The position numbers and the translations under genes are program-made. From Candidatus Eiseniibacteriota bacterium (GTDB lineage Bacteria > Eisenbacteria > RBG-16-71-46), in the NCBI GenBank assembly GCA_041483195.1, contig JBGPFC010000039.1:1-33069 (forward strand): 33,069 nt of DNA, in the 5' to 3' direction. The notes beneath the pieces are model-generated. The model had not been told where the DNA came from, searched no databases, and was given only the letters and a program-made list of their open reading frames with translations. Below, in pieces: positions 1 to 8,339 of the stretch (the first letter of the stretch is position 1; each line of letters starts with the position of its first letter).

Positions 1-90
1 CTTGAAGCGCCAGCCGGCCGTAACCCGATGAAAGCCACAGCCGGAGTTGGGACAGTAGGGCGGCCCGGCACCCACCACGCTCGGCGACAT
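1..90 (-). CDS. N-terminus (truncated by window edge) of a Cys-rich protein, possibly an IS1-like transposase with Zn-ribbon
   Basis: ATG at 90 reads MSPSVVGAGPPYCPNSGCGFHRVTAGWRFK, open to base 1. The PPxCPNxxCxFH...WRF pattern resembles N-termini I recall from IS1-like transposases. Only 30 codons are visible. Confidence 0.45.
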   Translation of the reverse strand, partial: MSPSVVGAGPPYCPNSGCGFHRVTAGWRFK

Positions 91-147
91 GTCCGAGCCC
101 TACGCACGTTCCGTGCGCGACCCATTCTTCGCAGCACAACGTGACCC

Positions 148-723
148 CTACCAGCGAAGGCTCAGACGGCCGGTCCCGACCAGCAGGCGCGCGGGCACTC
201 CGTTGGCGAGCCCCAGCTCCGCGTAGTCCACCCCGAGGCCGATGCGCGTCGCGCGCCACAGGTGAACATCGGCGCCCGCACCCACGGTGGACGCGAACCC
301 GTCGTCCTCCTTGCGGATGATGCTCTCCGGCGCTCCGGGAACTCGCGCGATCAGCTCCTGGGTGACGACGGCAACGCCCACCCCCGCCCGCAGGAAGACG
401 CCGGCGTTCCATGGAAACCAGGTCAGGCGCGTGCTGAAGGTGTTGAGCGAGCGCGTGAGGCCGTCCTTCGATGCGTTCCAGCGCTGGCCGCCGAAGCCCA
501 TCGCGACGTGCGGCGTCGTGAAGTAGTCGAGGTTGTAGCGGATCGCCACGCCCTGCTTGCGATCGAGCGAGTCGCCCTTCATGTCGAGGTGGCCGACGCC
601 CACGCCGAGACCGAAGGTCCATCCCTCGCGGACCGGGGAAGCGGGCGCGGCCGCGCGCGCGGGAAGCGCGACGGCGAGCGCCGCGAGCAGCAGGCACAGC
701 TGGACGAGCACGAAACGCGGCAT
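148..723 (-). CDS. Small outer-membrane beta-barrel protein (OmpA/OmpW-like), 191 aa
   Basis: AAGGAG RBS before ATG 723; signal peptide MPRFVLVQLCLLLAALAVALPARA; alternating Gly/aromatic strands (WTFGLGVGVG, VFLRAGVGVA); C-terminal aromatic (LSLRW). Confidence 0.8.
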   Translation of the reverse strand: MPRFVLVQLCLLLAALAVALPARAAAPASPVREGWTFGLGVGVGHLDMKGDSLDRKQGVAIRYNLDYFTTPHVAMGFGGQRWNASKDGLTRSLNTFSTRLTWFPWNAGVFLRAGVGVAVVTQELIARVPGAPESIIRKEDDGFASTVGAGADVHLWRATRIGLGVDYAELGLANGVPARLLVGTGRLSLRW

Positions 724-883
724 GCCGTTCTCCTTAGAGAAGTTCACGTGTTGGGGCCTGGCCGGGCGCCCGGGGCGCCGCGCGCGGAAGGGAAGACAAG
801 GACCGCATCCGGCCAAACGCCCGCAGACGGTACCGGTTCCCGCCCGCCGCCTCAATCGCGAAGTGCGGGGCCATAATCCCCCG

Positions 884-1642
884 TCAATCGAGTCCGAGCG
901 AGCTCGCGAGCGCGTGCGCCCACGCGCTGGATGGGTCGTCGTGCAGGTAAGCCCGCGCGATCGCGCGCGCCTCCTCGGCACGGCCCAGCAGTTCGAGCAC
1001 CCGCGCGCGATCGTAGAGCGCGTCGAGGCGCGCGGGATCGCTCTCGCGCACCGCGATGAACTGCGCGAGCGCCTCGAGCCGCAGTCCGCGCTGGCGCAGC
1101 GGGTCGACCTCGGCCTCGGCGCGGAGCGCGAGCGCCACGCCGAGGCCGAGACGGGCCTCGCCGTAGTGAGGGCCGATCTCGAGCGCGGTGCGGTAATGGT
1201 CTTCGGCGTGGCCGAACATGCGGCGCGTGAGCTCGATGTGGCCGAGCGCCGCGATCAGACGGGGATCGAATCGCGCCCGCCGCCGCGCCCGCTCGATCGA
1301 CGCCTGCGCGCTCTCCGCCGCCGTCGCGGCCCCCGCCGACAGTTCCCAGCCCGGGCGCGACTCCCCGGTGAGCGCCGATTCGAAGCGCAGCGTCCCGGTG
1401 GCCGGCGCGGCGCCGCGCCGCATCAGCGACCCGGCCAGGGCCGCGTCCGGATCGTCGGGCAGGCCGGTGACGATGCGCTTGGGGGCGAGCAGCGAGAGCG
1501 CGGCGGCCACCGCGAGCGCCACCATCAGGCCGCCGAACACGATCACCGAGACGAATCGCCACTGCATGCGACGCTCGAGGTCGCCGATCGCGATCGGCGG
1601 AGCGCTCGAAGCCGGGGCGGGGGTTCGTTCGGCGGGAGGCAT
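884..1642 (-). CDS. Membrane-anchored tetratricopeptide-repeat protein, ~252 aa
   Basis: One TM segment (FVSVIVFGGLMVALAVAAALSLL) followed by TPR-like helices (ALGHIELTRRMFGHAEDHYRTALEIGP, ALYDRARVLELLGRAEEA). Start chosen at ATG 1642; the upstream part of the long ORF is antisense to sbcD. Confidence 0.7.
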   Translation of the reverse strand: MPPAERTPAPASSAPPIAIGDLERRMQWRFVSVIVFGGLMVALAVAAALSLLAPKRIVTGLPDDPDAALAGSLMRRGAAPATGTLRFESALTGESRPGWELSAGAATAAESAQASIERARRRARFDPRLIAALGHIELTRRMFGHAEDHYRTALEIGPHYGEARLGLGVALALRAEAEVDPLRQRGLRLEALAQFIAVRESDPARLDALYDRARVLELLGRAEEARAIARAYLHDDPSSAWAHALASSLGLD

Positions 1643-1795
1643 CGGGACGGCATCGTAGAGGCGCCATTTCGCGGGCACAACCCGTTGCCGCGCTAAAGCC
1701 CGGCTGTTATGTTGCCGAAAACGCTGGGAGTGCGCCGCCGCTGAGGCACCCTTGTGCCCGCATGAGCGTCTCCACCCGGAGAGTCCACCTCGGCC

Positions 1796-3070
1796 ATGTC
1801 CGTCGCCAGGTTCATCCAGGTTTCCGATCTGCACCTCGGTCGCCCGTTCGGCTGGCTCGCGCCCGAGCGCAGGGCGGAACGCCGCAGCGACCAGCGCCGT
1901 GCCCTGGACCGCGTGGTGCGCGAGGCCATCGAGCGCGGAGCGCACGCCATCCTGATTCCCGGCGATCTGTTCGACGTCGAGGGCGTGGATGCCGACACCA
2001 TGGCGTTCGCCCTCAACGTGTTCAACGTCGCGGGATGTCCGCCGGTGTTCATCGCGCCGGGCAACCACGATCCGTGGTCGGACACGAGCCACACCTGGAG
2101 CCCGCGCCTGCTCAAGGCGCGCGGCTGGGCGTGGCCGGAGCACGTCCACGTGTTCACCTCCGCCGCCTGGCAGGCCGTGCGCCTGCCCGGTCTCTCCGCG
2201 GTGCGGGTGTGGGGACGCTGCTTCACATCGAGCGCGACCTCGAACGACCGGCCGCTCGCGGAAGGCTCCGTCATCATCGCGGACTCCGCCGACGCGCAGG
2301 GGCTCGAGATCGCGGTATTTCACGGCTCGCGCGAGAACCAGTGTCCTTCGTGGCAATCGATCACCGCGCCGTTCTCCGAGAAGGAAGTCGCGAACTCTCC
2401 GTTCAGCTACCACGCGGTGGGCCACTACCACGTGCCGTCGCGTATCGAGCTGAAGAGCACGACCCACGGCACCTCCACCACCGGACGGGGCGTGAGCGGC
2501 AGCGCTTCGGCCGGGGTGCGGCTCGCGTACGCGGGCTCGGCGGTCGCGTTGGACGTGACCGAGACCGGCAGTCATGGCGCGCTCGAAGTGCGCGTCGAGT
2601 ACGGATTCCGCCAGCCGTTCATCGAGACCGAGCCCATCGAGCTGGACCGCCGCAAGGTGTACGACCTGCGCGCCGAGGTGAACGGCGCCTCCAGCGCGGA
2701 GCAGGTGGACCGTCGCGTCCAGCGCGCGCTCGACGAGGCCGGCGCCACCGATCGCGACGTCGTGACGGTGCGACTCGCGGGACGCCTGGTGCGCGGCGTG
2801 CGCTACGCCGGCCCCGGTCCCGAGCTGCGCGGGAAGATGTTCCATCTCCGGGTGGACCTGCGCGCGGTTCGCCCCGACTACGACCTGAACGCATACCGCG
2901 AGGGCACGGCCGGCACCACCGAGGAGCGCTTCGCGCGCACCCTGCTCACGCAGCTCGACGCCGAGAACGATCCCGAGAAGAAGGCGCTGATCGAGAGCGC
3001 GCTCTACTACGGGCTCGACGCCTTCAAGCTGCGCGACGTCACCCCCACCTACGAGGAGCTGGGCTCGTGA
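1796..3070 (+). CDS. sbcD: SbcD/Mre11/YhaO-family metallophosphoesterase DNA nuclease, 424 aa
   Basis: All calcineurin-like motifs present: SDLHLG, GDLFD, PGNHD, FHGS, GHYH, YAGS. Stop overlaps the start of the SMC-like ATPase (GTGA at 3067-3070). Confidence 0.9.
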   Translation: MSVARFIQVSDLHLGRPFGWLAPERRAERRSDQRRALDRVVREAIERGAHAILIPGDLFDVEGVDADTMAFALNVFNVAGCPPVFIAPGNHDPWSDTSHTWSPRLLKARGWAWPEHVHVFTSAAWQAVRLPGLSAVRVWGRCFTSSATSNDRPLAEGSVIIADSADAQGLEIAVFHGSRENQCPSWQSITAPFSEKEVANSPFSYHAVGHYHVPSRIELKSTTHGTSTTGRGVSGSASAGVRLAYAGSAVALDVTETGSHGALEVRVEYGFRQPFIETEPIELDRRKVYDLRAEVNGASSAEQVDRRVQRALDEAGATDRDVVTVRLAGRLVRGVRYAGPGPELRGKMFHLRVDLRAVRPDYDLNAYREGTAGTTEERFARTLLTQLDAENDPEKKALIESALYYGLDAFKLRDVTPTYEELGS

Positions 3071-5961
3071 AGCTGCTGCGTCTCAGGACCGACAGCTTCG
3101 GCGGGCTCAAGGGCGAGTTCGCGTTCGACCCGGAGCGCCTCACGCTGATGGTCGACGAGAACGAGCGCGGCAAGTCCACGATGATCGCAGCGATCACCGC
3201 GGCGCTCTACGGTCTCGAGGACGATCGCCGCAGCCACCGCGTGGTGACGCCGGTCGATCGGTGGCGGCCCTGGGCGGGCGGCAGTTACCGGGTCGAGCTC
3301 GAGATCGAGCACGAGGGCGAGCGCCTCACCATCAAGCGCGATTTCGAGCGCGGCACGGTGCAGGTCTGGAGCGCGGGCGGCCAGGAGGTCACCGAGCGCT
3401 TCCGCTCCGGCAAGGACCAGTACCCGGTCGGCCAGACCCTGCTCGGCCTCAACGTCTGGGAATTCGAGAAGTGCGCGCTGGTGCGGCAGGGCGAGCTCGA
3501 TCAGGTCGTGCCGCCCGACGAGAAGGGGCGCCGCAATTCGACGCTGCACGCGCGGCTCGAGAGCGCGGCCGACACGAAGGTGGGCGACACCAACGCCACC
3601 GAGGCGCTGCAGGTGCTCGAAGCCTCGGCGGCGAGCTACACCTGCAACGAGCTCGGCACCACGATGAAGGTCGAGACCGCGATCCAGCGGCTCGAGGCCA
3701 AGCGGGCCCTGCTCGACAGCGAGCTCAAGGCGCTCGAGCACGACCTGGCCGTGATCGCCGGCCCGCTCGAGGACCTGGCCCGGCTCGGCGACGAAGAGCA
3801 GCGCGCGCGGGAGTCCCTCGCGCGAGTGGACGTCGAGCGCCGTGAGTCGCTCGCCACCGACGTGCGCTCGAAGCTCGCGGAGGACGATCGGCACCGCTCC
3901 GAGCTCGAGACGCTGCGCGCCGAGGCCGCGGGACTGGCGGCCGCGTCCGATCTGCCATCGAACGCCGAGGCCGATCTGCGCGAGACCGTCACGCGGCTCG
4001 AGGAGGCGCAGCGCAATCTCGAGTCGCTCGAGTCGCGCCGCCACGAGGAGCAGGCGCGCGAGCGCGGCGGCCTGCAGGCCGAGATCGAAGGTCTCAGGGC
4101 GTACGCGTCGTGCGAGGCGGCGGACGCGGACCGCTGCATCGCGCTCGCCGGCGAGATCCGCCGCATCGCAGAGGAGGACAGCCGGCTCCGCACCGAGATC
4201 TTCGGGTTGCGGGACTCGCTCGCAGGTCAGGGCCACATGCCGGAGCGCATCCAGTCCCTCACCGCGCGCTTCCGCGGCATCGGCGACGAGTCGCAGCGGC
4301 TGCTGCGCGGCCAGACCGATCTCGCGCTCGTGTTCCAGACCGAGGTCGCGGACCTCGAGAAGGTGCGCACCGACAGCACCGAGACGCTGCGGGCGGTGGA
4401 CGCGATGCGCAACTCGCGGCGCACGCCCGGCTGGGCGATGGTCGCGCTCGGGCTCGGCGCCGTGCTCGGCGGGGGCGTGCTCGGCGCGCTCACGCCCCAG
4501 TCGTCGCTGTGGGGGATGCTGGTCGCCGCCGGCGCCGTGCTGTTCGGAGTCGGCGCGACGCTGCTCGTCACCGGCGCCCGCGCCCGCGAGATGGATCGCG
4601 AGCACGCCCTGCGCCGGCTGAGCGACGCGCAGCGCAAGCTCAACCAGCTGCGGGCCCAGCGCGCCGAGAGCGAGGTCGCGCTCAACGAGATGTCACGCTC
4701 GATGGGATACCGCGACGCGGTGGAGCTGATCCGCGACTGGAACGAATACTCGCGGATGATCGAGCAGAGCTCTCCCCTGATGCGCGCGCAGGAATCGGTC
4801 TCGACGCTCGAAATCCAGCGCAAGGCCGCGCTGGACGAGGTGAAGGCGCTGCTCGAGCGCGTGGGTGGGGGATCGCCCGACCCCGCACACCTGGAGCGCG
4901 TCGCCGCGGGCATCCGCCACCTCACCGCGGTGCGCCAGCGCCTCGCCGAGATCGAGAAGAGCTGGTCGTGGATCGACGAGGAGAAGCGCGTGGCGGAGGC
5001 CTCCGCGACCGGCCTGCGCGAGCGCGCGGCCCGCATCCTCACGGCGGCGGGCATCACCTACGATCCCGCGCGCGGCTGGGCCAAGCACGTGGCGGACCTC
5101 TCCGCTCGCGCCCGCGGCCGCTCGCGTCACAGCGTGCTGGCCGAGGAGCTGATCCCGCAGGCTCAGAAGCGCGTGCTGGCCGACCACGCCCGCGCCGAGC
5201 TGCAGAGCCAGCTCGAGCTGCTGCTCTCGCAGAGCCCCGCCACCGCCGACGCGCCGCCGGTCGTCGCGCGCGCGCAGGCCGAGATCGAGGTCGAGACCCA
5301 GCGCCAGCGCGAGAAGCTCGAGTCGCTGCAGAAACAGCGCGAAGATCTGCGCGTCTCGGTCGAGGAAGGGTGGCGCCGCCACCACGCCGAGCACCCGCAG
5401 AAGCTCGCGGAGCTCGAGAGCATCGGGCACGCGCTCGAGCGCGCGCAGCGCTTCAAGCACTCGGTCGAGCTGGCGAGCGAGACGATCCGCAGCGTCTCGG
5501 TCGAGACCCATCGCCGCTGGGCCGACCACCTGAACGAGCGCGTGAGCGAGATCCTGCGCACCCTCGGCACCAGGGTCGAGCAGCTGCGCTTCGGCGAGGA
5601 CCTCGACTTCTCGGTGCGCTTCGAGGACGGGCAGCAGGTGGCTCGCGGCCGCGCGATGCTCCAGCTCTCGAGCGGTGCGCGCGACCAGGTGCACTTCGCG
5701 GTGCGGCTCGCGATCAGCGAGTACCTGTCACGCGGCGCCACGCCGCTGCCGCTCCTGATCGACGACGCGTTCGCGACCAGCGACGACGAGCGCGCCCGGG
5801 CCGGGATGAACATGTTGCTCGAGCATCTCTCGAAGCGGCACCAGATCATCCTGCTCACCTGCCATCGCCAGCGTCATCAGACGTTCGCCTCGAAGGACGC
5901 CGAGCTCTACGGCGCCCGCTGCCACTGGCTCGAGGCGAAGACGCCGAGCGCCGTTCAGTAG
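3067..5961 (+). CDS. Rad50/SbcC-like SMC ATPase, YhaN type, with central transmembrane hairpin, 964 aa
   Basis: GTG 3067 start (MKLLRLRTDSFG); Walker A ENERGKST, Q-loop VRQGEL, long coiled coils, signature LSSGARDQ, Walker B LLIDDAF, H-loop LTCH; two hydrophobic helices at about aa 456-503. Confidence 0.9.
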   Translation: MKLLRLRTDSFGGLKGEFAFDPERLTLMVDENERGKSTMIAAITAALYGLEDDRRSHRVVTPVDRWRPWAGGSYRVELEIEHEGERLTIKRDFERGTVQVWSAGGQEVTERFRSGKDQYPVGQTLLGLNVWEFEKCALVRQGELDQVVPPDEKGRRNSTLHARLESAADTKVGDTNATEALQVLEASAASYTCNELGTTMKVETAIQRLEAKRALLDSELKALEHDLAVIAGPLEDLARLGDEEQRARESLARVDVERRESLATDVRSKLAEDDRHRSELETLRAEAAGLAAASDLPSNAEADLRETVTRLEEAQRNLESLESRRHEEQARERGGLQAEIEGLRAYASCEAADADRCIALAGEIRRIAEEDSRLRTEIFGLRDSLAGQGHMPERIQSLTARFRGIGDESQRLLRGQTDLALVFQTEVADLEKVRTDSTETLRAVDAMRNSRRTPGWAMVALGLGAVLGGGVLGALTPQSSLWGMLVAAGAVLFGVGATLLVTGARAREMDREHALRRLSDAQRKLNQLRAQRAESEVALNEMSRSMGYRDAVELIRDWNEYSRMIEQSSPLMRAQESVSTLEIQRKAALDEVKALLERVGGGSPDPAHLERVAAGIRHLTAVRQRLAEIEKSWSWIDEEKRVAEASATGLRERAARILTAAGITYDPARGWAKHVADLSARARGRSRHSVLAEELIPQAQKRVLADHARAELQSQLELLLSQSPATADAPPVVARAQAEIEVETQRQREKLESLQKQREDLRVSVEEGWRRHHAEHPQKLAELESIGHALERAQRFKHSVELASETIRSVSVETHRRWADHLNERVSEILRTLGTRVEQLRFGEDLDFSVRFEDGQQVARGRAMLQLSSGARDQVHFAVRLAISEYLSRGATPLPLLIDDAFATSDDERARAGMNMLLEHLSKRHQIILLTCHRQRHQTFASKDAELYGARCHWLEAKTPSAVQ

Positions 5962-6064
5962 ACGCGGGCGCCCGCCCGCCGCCGCGCTCGATTCGGATTC
6001 GCGCCGCTCCCCCCGCGCGAGTAAACTGCCTCTCTTCACGTCCGATCCCACGAGGAGGAGCACG

Positions 6065-8260
6065 ATGCGCGCACGAATATTGGCCCCGCTGTTCCTGATC
6101 GCGACACTCGCGCTCCGTCCCGCGCCCGCGCCGGCCGCAGACCCCGCGGAGCCCGCCGCCATCTCCGGCTTCCGCGTCACCGAGGCGGCGGCCGAACGCG
6201 CGCGCGAGGCGGCGATCGCCGCCGCGATCCGGCCCGACACGCTCCGCCGGCATCTGCGCATTCTCACCGAGGTGCCGCACGTCGCGGGCACGCCGGCGGA
6301 TCGCGCGACCGCCGAGTACGTGCGCAACCGCCTCGCGGCCTACGGCTGGGACGCGAAGATCGAGGAGATCCCGATCTACATCAACTGGCCGACCGAATCG
6401 CGCCTCGAGATGGTGGAGCCCATGCGCCAGTCGCTCGCGACCCGCGAGAGCGGGCAGCCATGGGACAAGGACGCGTTCGACGGCGCGACCTTCGACGCGT
6501 TTCACGGATACGGCGCATCCGGCGACGTGACGGCGCCGGTGATCTACGCGAACTACGGCGACGTGGACGACCTGAAGAAGCTCGCGGAGCTGGGCATCGA
6601 CGTGAAGGGCGCGATCGTGCTCACGCGCTACGGGAAGATCTTCCGCGGATTGAAGGTGCGCAACGCCGAGCGGGCGGGCGCGGCGGGCGTGATCATCTAC
6701 AGCGATCCGGCCGACGACGGCTACGCGGCCGGCGATCCCTACCCGCGCGGGCAGGGGCGGCCGGAGGACGCGATCCAGCGCGGCAGCGTGCAATTTCTCT
6801 CGGAGGGTCCCGGGGATCCCACCACGCCGGGCTGGGCCTCCGCGGCCGGCGGCAAGCGCCTCAAGCCCTCCGAGGCGGTCGGCATCCCGAAGATCCCATC
6901 GCTCCCGATCTCGTGGGGCGAGGCGCGGAAGATCTTCGATGCGCTCGAAGGACCGCCCGCGCCGAAGGGCTGGCAGGGCGGGCTCCCGCTCACCTATCAC
7001 GTCGGGCCGGGGCCGGCGAAGCTCCACCTCAAGACCGCGCACGATTACGCGGTGCGTCCGCTGTGGGACGTGATCGCGACGCTCAGGGGCCGCGAGGCGC
7101 CGGAGCAGACGGTGGTGTGCGGCAACCATCGCGACGCGTGGACCTACGGAGCGGTGGATCCGAACAGCGGCACCATCAGCATGCTCGAGATGGCACGGAC
7201 CATCGGCGAGCAGGTGAAGCGCGGCTGGCATCCGCGCCGCACCGTCGTGCTGGCGTCGTGGGACGGCGAGGAGTACGGGCTGCTGGGATCGACCGAATGG
7301 GGCGAGGGCCGGGCGGCGGATCTCGAGAAGAACGCGGTCGCCTACGTCAACGTGGACGTCGCGGTGATCGGCAAGGACATCGCGGCGAGCGGATCGCACG
7401 CGCTGCGGGACGTGGTGGCAGAGGCCATGGCCGACGTTCGCGATCCCGGGCGCGGCGTGAGCCTCGCGAAGGCGTGGAGCGCGAAGGGCGAGCAGGATCA
7501 GCGCGCGGAATGGGCGCGCCTCAACCGCGAGCGCCGCTGGCGCGGCGAGAGCGCCCGCCCGTTCGAGATGAACATGACGCCGCTCGGCAGCGGCTCGGAC
7601 TACACCGTGTTCGTGGATCATCTCGGCGTGCCGGGCCTGGATCTGCGCTTCGAGGGGCTGAACGGGATCTACCATTCGATGTACGACGATTTCGACTTCA
7701 TGGACCGCGTGGTGGACCCCGGCTACGCGTACAACGCGGCGATGGTGGATCTGTGGTCGCGGGTGACGCTGCGGCTGGCCGAGGCCGAGGCGCTTCCGCT
7801 TCATTACTCGGACGCCGGGCAGTTCGTGCTCGACGAGATCCAGTCGCTCGACGATCGCGCCGACGACGCGAACGCCGCGCTCGCGGACAGCGTGAAGCTC
7901 AAGACCGATCTCGCGCCGCTGCGCGCCGCGGCCGCGAAGTTCCGCGACGAGGCGGCGGCGCTCGAATCGCGCACCAACGCCGCGCTCGCGGGCGGCGCGT
8001 GGCCCGGCGGCAGCGCCGCGGCGCTCAACGCCTCGCTGATCGCGGTCGAGCGCGGGTTTCTGGGGGCGGGGCTGCCCGGCCGTCCCTGGTTCAAGCACGA
8101 GATCTATGCGCCGGGTCTCAACACCGGATACGCCGGCACGCCGCTGCCGCGGCTCGCGCAGGCGGTGCTCGACAAGGACCCGAAGGGCTGGCGCGACGGC
8201 GTCGCGCCCATCCGCGAAGCGCTCGAGCGGGCGGCCGCGGCGATCGAGCGGGTGAAGTGA
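6065..8260 (+). CDS. Secreted M28 metallopeptidase, glutamate carboxypeptidase II-like (PA domain plus TfR dimerisation domain), 731 aa
   Basis: GAGGAGGAG RBS; signal peptide; motifs HVAGT, YANYG, RYGKIFRG, IQRGSV, GNHRDAW..GAVDPNSG, SWDGEEYGLLGS, GSGSDY, YHSMYD. Confidence 0.92.
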   Translation: MRARILAPLFLIATLALRPAPAPAADPAEPAAISGFRVTEAAAERAREAAIAAAIRPDTLRRHLRILTEVPHVAGTPADRATAEYVRNRLAAYGWDAKIEEIPIYINWPTESRLEMVEPMRQSLATRESGQPWDKDAFDGATFDAFHGYGASGDVTAPVIYANYGDVDDLKKLAELGIDVKGAIVLTRYGKIFRGLKVRNAERAGAAGVIIYSDPADDGYAAGDPYPRGQGRPEDAIQRGSVQFLSEGPGDPTTPGWASAAGGKRLKPSEAVGIPKIPSLPISWGEARKIFDALEGPPAPKGWQGGLPLTYHVGPGPAKLHLKTAHDYAVRPLWDVIATLRGREAPEQTVVCGNHRDAWTYGAVDPNSGTISMLEMARTIGEQVKRGWHPRRTVVLASWDGEEYGLLGSTEWGEGRAADLEKNAVAYVNVDVAVIGKDIAASGSHALRDVVAEAMADVRDPGRGVSLAKAWSAKGEQDQRAEWARLNRERRWRGESARPFEMNMTPLGSGSDYTVFVDHLGVPGLDLRFEGLNGIYHSMYDDFDFMDRVVDPGYAYNAAMVDLWSRVTLRLAEAEALPLHYSDAGQFVLDEIQSLDDRADDANAALADSVKLKTDLAPLRAAAAKFRDEAAALESRTNAALAGGAWPGGSAAALNASLIAVERGFLGAGLPGRPWFKHEIYAPGLNTGYAGTPLPRLAQAVLDKDPKGWRDGVAPIREALERAAAAIERVK

Positions 8261-8288
8261 CGCGGCGACCGCGGCCGTAGTCGCCGCG
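8261..8288 (+). other. GC-rich stem-loop immediately after the M28 stop codon
   Basis: CGCGGCGAC (8261-8269) and GTCGCCGCG (8280-8288) are perfect reverse complements. No U-tract, so it may be an mRNA stability or attenuation hairpin. Confidence 0.4.
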
Positions 8289-8339
8289 GCGGGAGGAGGC
8301 CGTACCGAAGTGCACGTTACGCATCGAGGGTTTGCGCCA

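Noticed and set aside
101..120. Sigma-54 promoter on the minus strand (GCGCACGGAACGTGCG)
   Set aside because: Lacks the invariant GG at -24; better described as a short palindrome.
1707..1714. TTATGTTG, the reverse complement of the motif at 18449-18456, as the left end of a 16.7 kb element
   Set aside because: No second motif at 17-bp spacing, and the enclosed genes look like ordinary chromosomal genes; a single 8-mer match is plausible by chance.
1762..3066. N-terminal 435 aa of the 1399-aa ORF, suggesting a giant protein or nuclease-ATPase fusion
   Set aside because: Arg-rich off-frame shadow of sbcD; the real ATPase starts at GTG 3067, overlapping the sbcD stop.
1796..5961. Known SMC-based defence system (Wadjet, Lamassu)
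   Set aside because: No kleisin/KITE, JetD or Lamassu-type effector partners; the partner is an SbcD-type phosphoesterase.
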